DNA of 45,395 nt from an uncultured bacterium (lineage in GTDB: Bacteria > Patescibacteriota > Minisyncoccia > Phycocordibacterales > PALSA-1337), in NCBI GenBank assembly GCA_903870315.1, contig CAIQCJ010000032.1:1-45395 (forward strand). The letters are read 5' to 3'. The notes under the pieces are model-generated. The model was not told the origin of the DNA. It saw nothing but the letters and a program-made list of their open reading frames with translations, and did not search any database. Positions 29,456 to 37,738 of the stretch are shown here, piece by piece. The translations under genes were made by a program, and so were the position numbers. The first letter of the stretch is position 1, and each line of letters starts with the position of its first letter.

Positions 29456-30028
29456 TTATTTTCCTACACGCTCGCGATATTCACTGGTTTCTGTGTTGAT
29501 CCTTATAACGTCGCCTTCATTTACGAATAGGGGAACGTTTATGGTTGCACCAGTCTCCAAAGTGACAGTCTTTTGGCCGCCAGTTGCAGTATCGCCCTTT
29601 ATGCCAGGTGGAGCATCTGTAACTTTCAATTCTGCTGTGATTGGCATATTGAAACTCATGGGGGTATCTCTGAAAAGAAGTTGTTCCACAACTGTATTTG
29701 GTTTGAGGAATTTTCCTTGAGGACCAACCTGATCTTCAGTTACCTTGAAGCGCTTTGAGGAATCTACAGACTCACAGAACCACCATTCACCACGATTATT
29801 GTATAGATATTTCACTTCACGAGTCTCGATCTCAGCTTCCTCGACTTTTTCAGATTGATGGAATGAATACTCAGTGACTTTACCAGTCATAAGGTTCTTC
29901 AGTTTGGTAGCATTGACTGGTTTGCGCTGCTGTTTACGGAAGACGTGTGAAGTTATGACTTCGTAAGGCTGTCCTTCGTGGACTATGTACTTCTTTTCTG
30001 TGACTTCGTTATATTCTAAGAGTGACAT
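29456..30028 (-). CDS. efp: Elongation factor P
   Basis: TKLKNLMTG, PPGIKGDTATGGQKTVTLETGA, VPLFVNEGDVIRINT. Confidence 0.93.
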   Translation of the reverse strand: MSLLEYNEVTEKKYIVHEGQPYEVITSHVFRKQQRKPVNATKLKNLMTGKVTEYSFHQSEKVEEAEIETREVKYLYNNRGEWWFCESVDSSKRFKVTEDQVGPQGKFLKPNTVVEQLLFRDTPMSFNMPITAELKVTDAPPGIKGDTATGGQKTVTLETGATINVPLFVNEGDVIRINTETSEYRERVGK

Positions 30029-30121
30029 GGGTATTTGCGCGCCTCGGCGCTTATTTATAATTGTTAATGTAGAGGCATTCTAGCCGAGGATAGGGGATAA
30101 GGCAAGGGAGCTATTAAATTC

Positions 30122-31222
30122 TTATTCCGTACTCAATTTTTCTCTAATTTTCGCAAGAATTTCATCTTTAACCACGGTATTCTCCTTCAAGAATTGTCTT
30201 GTCGCATCATAGCCACGACCGAGCTTTTCTTCACCAAATGAATAGGAAGCTCCAGACTTACTGACGATACCGAACTTCTCGCCAAGTGCAATAATCTCAC
30301 CTTCTTGGGATATACCCTCGTTATACATAAGGTCGAATTCAGTCTGTTTAAATGGAGCTGCGACCTTATTCTTCACAACCTTAACACGGACGCGGCCACC
30401 CATAACCTCCTCACCTTTCTTGATCTGGGCGATGCGGCGTATGTCGAGACGTACTGAGCAATAGAATTTCAAAGCTTTACCACCTGGAGTTGTTTCTGGG
30501 TTGCCGAACATAACCCCGATCTGCATACGAATCTGGTTGATGAATATGACTACAGTCTTCGAGCGTGCCACTATAGCCGTGAGTTTACGCAAAGCCTGTG
30601 ACATGAGACGTGCTTGGGTACCAACGTGGAAGGCTCCCATATCTCCCTCGATTTCTGCGCGTGGCGTCAGTGCAGCCACAGAGTCTATAACAATAACATC
30701 CATCTTGTTTGTGCGTATAAGGCTTTCGACGATGTCGAGTGCTTGTTCACCTGTGTCTGGTTGAGAGATAAGGAGATCGTCTATCTTCACGCCGATCTTC
30801 TTTGAGTATTCAGGATCCATAGCATGTTCAGCATCTATGTAGGCACAAACACCACCAAGTTTTTGTGCCTCAGCTACAGCGTGCAAAGCTAGAGTTGTCT
30901 TACCAGAGGATTCCGGACCAAATATCTCGACTATACGTCCGCGAGGGAAGCCACCAATGCCAAGTGCCCAATCAAGTCCGATGGAACCAGTAGGGATGAC
31001 GTCGACATTTACTCTAGGTTTGTCGCCTAGTTTCATAATAGCTTCTTCACCGAACTTCGTACGGATACTGTCGAGCGCGTCACTTATCTCATTCATCGAT
31101 TTTGAAGCGCGTGCCGCACTTTTGCTATTTTTTGTATCTTTATTTTCTCGCTGCTCGTTTTTTTCTTTTTGCTCAATCTTATCTTTACTCTCTTTTTGAT
31201 TGTCTTTAGGATTTTTTACCAT
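30122..31222 (-). CDS. recA: Recombinase RecA with charged N-terminal extension (start uncertain)
   Basis: [43 protein letters not shown]. Confidence 0.96.
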   Translation of the reverse strand: MVKNPKDNQKESKDKIEQKEKNEQRENKDTKNSKSAARASKSMNEISDALDSIRTKFGEEAIMKLGDKPRVNVDVIPTGSIGLDWALGIGGFPRGRIVEIFGPESSGKTTLALHAVAEAQKLGGVCAYIDAEHAMDPEYSKKIGVKIDDLLISQPDTGEQALDIVESLIRTNKMDVIVIDSVAALTPRAEIEGDMGAFHVGTQARLMSQALRKLTAIVARSKTVVIFINQIRMQIGVMFGNPETTPGGKALKFYCSVRLDIRRIAQIKKGEEVMGGRVRVKVVKNKVAAPFKQTEFDLMYNEGISQEGEIIALGEKFGIVSKSGASYSFGEEKLGRGYDATRQFLKENTVVKDEILAKIREKLSTE

Positions 31223-31280
31223 ATTGAATTTGCTCTTTATTTTTATAATAAGAGGCGGGCTTATGACTATAATATCATAG

Positions 31281-31643
31281 TCAATTATTTGCACCCACTA
31301 TGACAATATCGGTTTCTGTGTTGCGATCAAATTGGTCGGTGGCACGTAAGGTTAGCTTATTTAAGCCTGGAAAAACCACGATAGTTTGTTTGAAATGACC
31401 CTGTTCATCTATAGAAACAGCCCCGCCATTGATGGTGAGGTTATGGGCGCGCTCGATCATACCTATAAGGTCTACAGTAGGGGATGAGATGACAGCACCA
31501 TCTGTTGGTGAGTTCAGGTCTATCTTCGGACCACGCGCATATGCAAGTGAGCGCGCTATGGCATAAGCTATTATAATAATAGCCACCAAAGATATGGCAG
31601 TATATTTGATCAGACGTAAGGTTGAGGTGCGGGTGAGTGGCAT
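31281..31643 (-). CDS. Small membrane-anchored Ig-like domain protein
   Basis: N-terminal TM helix followed by 'P.I.L.SP.DG...LTING...F...[12 protein letters not shown]' beta-sandwich. Confidence 0.7.
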   Translation of the reverse strand: MPLTRTSTLRLIKYTAISLVAIIIIAYAIARSLAYARGPKIDLNSPTDGAVISSPTVDLIGMIERAHNLTINGGAVSIDEQGHFKQTIVVFPGLNKLTLRATDQFDRNTETDIVIVGANN

Positions 31644-31688
31644 TGGACTCAGTATATATTCAAATGAGTCGCAATTACAAGGAGATTA

Positions 31689-34064
31689 TTATATTCCCAA
31701 TTCTTCAGCAATCTTGTCAGTAACACCACCTCCCCCACCAAAACCTTCACTTCCATCACTTGAACTACTACCCATGACTTCTCTTGGTTTCGAGCCATTG
31801 GCTGGACCGATGACGCCATGTTCTTCTAGTAGATCCATAAGCTTGGCAGCGCGAGAATAACCGACTCCGAGCTTACGTTGTATATAAGAAGTTGAAGCTT
31901 TACCGGCAGCGATAACAGCTTCCTTGGCCGATTCGTAGAGCTCGTCTTGATCCTCTAGTGAATCACCATCTAGATCTATATTTGCACTAAAGGCAGCCCC
32001 AGAACCAGCCTCACTTATGTTGAGGTTTATCTCTCCTGGTATCTCATCCCTATATTGATCCGCCAAGAACTTCACAACTCTCTTGACTTCATTTTCTGAT
32101 ATATAAGCAGACTGTAGACGTACTGGCTTGGACATTTCACCTCCAAGGTAGAGCATATCACCAGCACCGAGGAGCTTTTCTGCACCCATTTGGTCAAGGA
32201 TAGTACGTGAATCTATCTGTGAAGCGACTTGCAGAGCTACGCGAGTAGGGATATTGGCTTTGATAAGACCAGTGATGACGTTAACGCTTGGTCTTTGTGT
32301 AGATACAACTAGGTGTATACCGACAGCGCGACTCATCTGTGCTAGGCGTACTATTGCGGCCTCTAGTTCTCGTGGATATGTCTGCATTATATCGGCCAAC
32401 TCATCTATAACTATGGCTATATATGGCATAGTTTCTGGAAGTTTCGATGATACTTCTTCAGCGTTATCTCCATCTCGGTCCCTGCGGTCAGAGTTGAGAC
32501 TGCTTATAGCTGGAGCCAAGACATTCTTATGATACGAATCTATGTCGCGAGCAGTATTCTTTTCAAGAATATCGTAACGGCGACTCATTTCTTTTGCAGC
32601 CCACTTCAAAGCCAGGATAGCTTTCTTAGGATCAGTGATAACAGGTGTTAGAAGGTGAGGGATCTTGTTATACAAAGTCAGTTCAACGCGCTTAGGGTCT
32701 ATCATTATGAACTTCAGGTTTTCTGGAGAATTGCGATAAAGGAGGGAAGTAATGAGGGCGTGGATACTGACGGACTTACCAGAGCCTGTGGCTCCAGCTA
32801 TAAGTATATGAGGGGCCTTAGCCAGGTTGCAGAAATGAGCTCGGCCAGTGATATCTTTTCCAAGTGACATAAACAAGGGCTTCTCTGATTCTTGGAAGTC
32901 TGGAGCACCAAGAAGGGTAGCCAGACCAACAGTTGTCTTTGCGGTGTTTGGTACTTCTATACCAACCAGAGACTTGCCTGGTATAGGAGCTTCTATGCGG
33001 ATGGGGTGAGCCGCCAGAGCTAAAGACAGATCATTGTTAAGTCCAACTATACGCGAAAGCTTCACGCCCTCGGCTGGCTTCAGGGAATAGCGAGTAACCG
33101 AAGGACCTATAGAGATCTCGTCCATCTCCACAGTTATGCCGAAATTTTGTAGAGTACGTTTAATGATGTTTGCATTGGCTTTGATATCACCGGTTTCTGG
33201 TTTGCCACGATCTTTCTCAAGCAGGGAAAGTGGTGGAGGGTTAAATGGCCTCAAGAGTGGTGTTTGTATAGCTGAAGCAAATGCACCAGCATCTTCGTCA
33301 TCTGTATCAACAGAACCATTCTTATTTTTGCTTGCTTTTGCAGAGGTGGCGTTTGCGCGAGCCTTTTCTTCGGCCTTTTTGGTGCGAGCTATAGCCTCCT
33401 CAGCTTCTAGTTGAGCCGGTGTCTTACCACTAAGTCCGAGCGTACCAGCTTGTGCTTCTGCCAAAGCCTTGTCGATTTTCTCTTCTTCGTCATCATTCAT
33501 CTTGCCAGATTTCTTGCGTGAGCTAGAGTTTGTATCTAGGGAGCCATTTTCTGATTTCTGGAAATATTTCCAAAACTTTATATCCTCTATAGTGAAATGA
33601 CCCTCAAACAAGATGAAGAGTGATACCACGACGAGAACTATAAGAAGTATTAGGCTGGCATATACGTCCAGTATCTTTATAAGAGGTATAGCTACCCAGC
33701 GTCCGAAGACACCACCATGACCAGTACTGGCTATATGTATGATGCCTAGACTAGAGAAGAAGAAAACTACAGATCCTATAGACTTGGAGACGCGGAATTT
33801 TTTCTCTACACCACGCAGAAGGGCGATACCAACCAATACTGCTATGACTGGAATGAGGAAATATCCAACACCACAAAGTCTGGTGAAGAACATATATCCA
33901 TATTCACCAAGAGGTCCGGCTTTTCCGAAAGAAGCCAGTATGGAAAGTGTAGAGATCAAGAAAGAGAATATGGCCAAAACCGTCTGCACTGTTTCTTCAC
34001 GCATATCATTCCAGAATTTCGCTTTTTCTATGAAATCTGATCCAGTGTCTTTTTTCTTTGCCAT
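31689..34064 (-). CDS. ftsK: DNA translocase FtsK/SpoIIIE
   Basis: N-terminal TM helices; AGATGSGKS, IDPKRVEL, IDELAD, QRPSV, gamma domain STSYIQRKLGVGYSRAA. Confidence 0.97.
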   Translation of the reverse strand: MAKKKDTGSDFIEKAKFWNDMREETVQTVLAIFSFLISTLSILASFGKAGPLGEYGYMFFTRLCGVGYFLIPVIAVLVGIALLRGVEKKFRVSKSIGSVVFFFSSLGIIHIASTGHGGVFGRWVAIPLIKILDVYASLILLIVLVVVSLFILFEGHFTIEDIKFWKYFQKSENGSLDTNSSSRKKSGKMNDDEEEKIDKALAEAQAGTLGLSGKTPAQLEAEEAIARTKKAEEKARANATSAKASKNKNGSVDTDDEDAGAFASAIQTPLLRPFNPPPLSLLEKDRGKPETGDIKANANIIKRTLQNFGITVEMDEISIGPSVTRYSLKPAEGVKLSRIVGLNNDLSLALAAHPIRIEAPIPGKSLVGIEVPNTAKTTVGLATLLGAPDFQESEKPLFMSLGKDITGRAHFCNLAKAPHILIAGATGSGKSVSIHALITSLLYRNSPENLKFIMIDPKRVELTLYNKIPHLLTPVITDPKKAILALKWAAKEMSRRYDILEKNTARDIDSYHKNVLAPAISSLNSDRRDRDGDNAEEVSSKLPETMPYIAIVIDELADIMQTYPRELEAAIVRLAQMSRAVGIHLVVSTQRPSVNVITGLIKANIPTRVALQVASQIDSRTILDQMGAEKLLGAGDMLYLGGEMSKPVRLQSAYISENEVKRVVKFLADQYRDEIPGEINLNISEAGSGAAFSANIDLDGDSLEDQDELYESAKEAVIAAGKASTSYIQRKLGVGYSRAAKLMDLLEEHGVIGPANGSKPREVMGSSSSDGSEGFGGGGGVTDKIAEELGI

Positions 34065-34270
34065 ATTTGAAGTTATTTTATTTCGGTTAATGCTCGTTCG
34101 ATATTATATAGATATATTAACATATTTTCTTTTGTTTTCTTTCAACCACTTGCAACTTTGTTTGTTATGTCTATAATGGACACATAAGAGACATATACTG
34201 ATAGCATCAAAATTATTCAAAGACACACTTTTTGTAGATTTTTTTAAAAGACATCTAATAAGACAATAAA

Positions 34271-35074
34271 ATGGAAAACAAAGATCTTAATAAAGACATG
34301 AACAACGATCTTCCTACGCATGACCCTTTGAAGTGGAAAACACTGGGTTTTTTCAGTGCTGAGGAGTATCTACTTTATGTCTTTAAGAAGGTTGAGAAGA
34401 TTACGGCTGCCCTTTATCTTGTTTCTGGACTTCTAAAGGACGAGGAACCTATAAAGTGGGAATTGCGTGACAGAGGTATGGATCTTATCACTTCGTCCTT
34501 TACAGCTTCATCCACTCTTCCAGGTGATAAAAATATAGTTATCCAATCTCTTTTTACTGCGGCTTTGGAGACTATATCTCTTCTCAATGTTGCCAAGATT
34601 TCCAACCTCATAACCGAGATGAATCATAGGCTTCTGGTGCGTGAGATCGACAATATACTTGGCCTGTTGCGTGACCGTCTGGCCGCTAGTGCAGAAAATG
34701 CCGGCTATGTTTTGTCTGATGTCTTCTTTAAGACACCGGATCTTTTCTCTTCAGATTTCAAGTCTGCAAGTGGACAAACTAGTCACCGAGATCTTATTAA
34801 CGGACAAATTAGCAAAAATACAGTAAGTGAAAATCTGGCTCTAAATAAGCATACCCATAAAGGACACGCAGATGTCCAAGAGAAAAAGTCTGAAAGACAG
34901 GAGCTTATTATAACTGCCCTGAAAGGACAATCTAACTTAACAATAAAAGACTTCTCTAGAATCATCAAGGATTGTAGCGAGAAGACTATACAACGTGAGC
35001 TCCTAGCTATGGTGGATAATGGCCTTATAAAGAAGGAAGGGGAGCGTCGTTGGTCCCGCTATTCTCTTAAGTAG
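34271..35074 (+). CDS. Putative DNA-binding protein (N-terminal helical bundle plus C-terminal winged HTH)
   Basis: C-terminal 'LTIKDF...CSEKTIQRELLAMVDNGLIKKEGERRWSRY' winged helix-turn-helix. Confidence 0.75.
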   Translation: MENKDLNKDMNNDLPTHDPLKWKTLGFFSAEEYLLYVFKKVEKITAALYLVSGLLKDEEPIKWELRDRGMDLITSSFTASSTLPGDKNIVIQSLFTAALETISLLNVAKISNLITEMNHRLLVREIDNILGLLRDRLAASAENAGYVLSDVFFKTPDLFSSDFKSASGQTSHRDLINGQISKNTVSENLALNKHTHKGHADVQEKKSERQELIITALKGQSNLTIKDFSRIIKDCSEKTIQRELLAMVDNGLIKKEGERRWSRYSLK

Positions 35075-35151
35075 AAAGGCTAGAAAACATAGGTATCTAT
35101 ATACCTTGACTTTGAACCCTATTTGCCCTAATATGGTTACGTCACCAAATG

Positions 35152-35199
35152 TTATCCACAAAGCCCCTTTTGTTATATAGGGCCATTGTGCGTTATAAT
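35152..35199 (+). promoter_or_regulatory. DnaA box plus promoter of the S-layer-like gene
   Basis: TTATCCACA at 35152-60; TATAAT at 35194-99. Confidence 0.55.
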
Positions 35200-35536
35200 G
35201 CTTTGCAACGAGTGTGTATGACCATTTTGGACATATGCATTCGTCTCAAAGCGTAAGCTTTGAAGGATACGAACTTTGACAATTACATAGTGTGAAATAA
35301 TGTAAATATATATAGGTTCGTCTTATTTACTAGCCCACTAAATTCTTTGTCTGGAAGTCGATAGTACGGACATGGAAATGTGGAATAAATGTCTCGCGGT
35401 CGACCCGCTTTCGTATAATAAAAATATGAGATCGGAACGCGAACATACTTAGTTAGATTATTAGTTTACAAATTGCGCAACCTCTCTTATTTTATTAATA
35501 ACAAGAGATGACGCATTAATTATAAAAACAATAGAT

Positions 35537-37300
35537 ATGAAAAAGATTCTTACAGCTTCTACAGTAGCCATATTGGCTTTCGCCGTGGTTGCTTCAGCTG
35601 CTACTTTCAGTGCTAACCTCACGGTTGGTTCAAAGGGTGCAGATGTCACAGCTCTTCAGACAGCACTTATCGCTGGCGGATATTCTATCCCAGCAGGTGC
35701 TACAGGTTACTTCGGTTCACAGACAAAGTCTGCAGTTCAGAAGTATCAGGCCGCTAAGGGTATTCCTGCTACAGGTTTCGTAGGTCCTCTTACTCGCGCA
35801 GCTTTGAATGGTGGCGTTGCTACTGTTTCAACAGCTACTTGCCCAGTAGGTTTCACTTGCGCCCCAATATCTGGTACAACTCCAGTGGTTGGTGCTCCAG
35901 CAGGTATAACAACTCCTGGTATAGCCGGTACATTGGCTGTATCACTATGGTCGACTCCTTCAGGCGTCACAGCTTATAAGGGTCAATCTTATGATTTAGC
36001 TGGTTATAAGGTTCAGGCTTCAGCTTCAGACATGCAACTTTCAAATCTGTCTTTCGACTTCGATACGCGCTTCTGGCTCTTTGCCTCAGCGGTAACAGTC
36101 AAGGATGAGAACGGTGTTGTTGTCGGTTCTGTAGGTAGCTTGGATGCTTCTAAGTTCACAGAGCTTACAGTTGGTTCAAAATACCGCATAAACATTCCTG
36201 TTAATGGAATCGTAGTCAATGCTGCAAAAGCTAAGTACTTGACACTCAATGCTACATTCCTTCCTATGACAGATAGGAATTCAGGCCCTATCAATGTTAT
36301 AGGTGCTCAGGTCCGTGCAGTTGATGGAACAGGAGTTACTGACACAGAATCAGTAACTGATATTCGTCTCTTTACTTACCAGGGTTCAAACATTGGTCAG
36401 TTGATCTTGACTAACGATACATCTTCACCAGCTACTCAAGTTATCCAGGTATCAACATTCGCTCAGACACAGAACGTTCCTTTGGCTATCTATGACATCA
36501 AGTCACAGAATCAACCCGGAACACTCCAGAGTTTGACGATTGGTCTTAACATCAGTTCATCAACCCTTCCGGTTGGAAGTTTGATAGCTAATCTTCAGCT
36601 CAAGGCTGGTGGTTTGACTTATTCAGCAAGTTCACTATCATCATCTTCAGCAACATTCACGAATCTTTCGATTCCTTTGGCTGCTGACGTTTACGTCCCT
36701 GTTGCTATCTCTGCTACTCTTGCTCAGGACACAAACGATGTATATGACAATATCTATATCTATACAACTTTGTCAGCGGCAAATATATCAGCTATAGATT
36801 CTACATATAACATCATTACACCAAATAGTGTTATATTGAATTCAAATGCTCAGTCATTTACGTCTTCAGGTGTTGCTATTGGTACTCTTAGTCCAGTTGG
36901 TCTTGTTATAACAGCCAACTCAGGTGCTTCGACAACAGCTACATTCGGATATGTATATAGCTTGACAGCAGGAAACAATCCTATCTATATCAGTGCTACA
37001 TCAACGAATGCTGTGGGAGTAGTAACTACTGGATCAGTTGGTACAGTTAATCTTGTCAGCTTCCGTGACAATGACAGTACAAACGATTTGGCTAATGGTT
37101 ACTTCTATATCGCTCCAGGTCAGACAAAGACATTTACCCTTTCTTATCAATCAAAGGGTTCAGTCGGTTCAGTCTCTGGAACATATTCTATTAATCAGTT
37201 GAATTACGGAACAGGCTATAGTGCTGGTGCTATCACTGGTGCAGGCTCTCTATCAGCTTCGACGATTGGTAACACTCTTATCACTAACCTCTCTTACTAA
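35537..37300 (+). CDS. Secreted surface/S-layer-like protein with N-terminal peptidoglycan-binding domain
   Basis: Signal peptide; LTVGSKGADVTALQ...TGYFGSQTKSAVQKYQ...TGFVGPLTRAALN (PG_binding_1); Ser/Thr/Gly-rich beta region. Confidence 0.85.
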   Translation: MKKILTASTVAILAFAVVASAATFSANLTVGSKGADVTALQTALIAGGYSIPAGATGYFGSQTKSAVQKYQAAKGIPATGFVGPLTRAALNGGVATVSTATCPVGFTCAPISGTTPVVGAPAGITTPGIAGTLAVSLWSTPSGVTAYKGQSYDLAGYKVQASASDMQLSNLSFDFDTRFWLFASAVTVKDENGVVVGSVGSLDASKFTELTVGSKYRINIPVNGIVVNAAKAKYLTLNATFLPMTDRNSGPINVIGAQVRAVDGTGVTDTESVTDIRLFTYQGSNIGQLILTNDTSSPATQVIQVSTFAQTQNVPLAIYDIKSQNQPGTLQSLTIGLNISSSTLPVGSLIANLQLKAGGLTYSASSLSSSSATFTNLSIPLAADVYVPVAISATLAQDTNDVYDNIYIYTTLSAANISAIDSTYNIITPNSVILNSNAQSFTSSGVAIGTLSPVGLVITANSGASTTATFGYVYSLTAGNNPIYISATSTNAVGVVTTGSVGTVNLVSFRDNDSTNDLANGYFYIAPGQTKTFTLSYQSKGSVGSVSGTYSINQLNYGTGYSAGAITGAGSLSASTIGNTLITNLSY

Positions 37301-37358
37301 ATCTTTTCAGGTTTAGTCTAAGGGTTAGTCTTCCCCCCAACGGGTTACAATGTTGGAA

Positions 37359-37384
37359 CAAAAACCGCCTTCGGGCGGTTTTTG
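37359..37384 (+). terminator. Intrinsic terminator
   Basis: AAAAACCGCC-TTCG-GGCGGTTTTT. Confidence 0.85.
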
Positions 37385-37458
37385 TGTTGCCGGAAATACT
37401 GAGAGGGCGCGACGCGGGTGTGATTACATATCAAGCTATTATTTGATAGAATATGAAT

Positions 37459-37602
37459 ATGAATAACCCTTTTGATGGCACTTTCTTCAAGTTTCTTATA
37501 GGCTTTGTGCTTATACTATTCGTCAGTTTCGGTATCATATATTTGGCTAGTCAATACAAAAGCAATGCACCTGTACAAGCTGTTTTGAGCAAGACTAAGT
37601 AA
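37459..37602 (+). CDS. Small single-pass membrane protein (47 aa, not in the ORF track)
   Basis: MNNPFDGTFFKFLIGFVLILFVSFGIIYLASQYKSNAPVQAVLSKTK*; TGnTAGAAT lies 6 nt upstream. Confidence 0.6.
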   Translation: MNNPFDGTFFKFLIGFVLILFVSFGIIYLASQYKSNAPVQAVLSKTK

Positions 37603-37630
37603 CCTCCACTAAATCTATTCCACGGATACA

Positions 37631-37708
37631 TCTTCATAGCTTCTTGAGAACTTCTTGAACGTTTCTTCATAACTTTTTGAGCGAAATTTTATCTCGCTGT
37701 TTTATGCT
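37631..37708 (+). promoter_or_regulatory. Promoter with five 11-bp-period direct repeats (copy 2)
   Basis: 37 bp identical to 27777-27813; TATGCT at 37703, the same 72-bp offset as copy 1. Confidence 0.65.
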
Positions 37709-37738
37709 GGTTGTATTATCCATAATCAACCAGTTTGT

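Noticed and set aside
35152..35160. Replication origin
   Set aside because: Only an isolated DnaA box; no box cluster and no dnaA/dnaN nearby.
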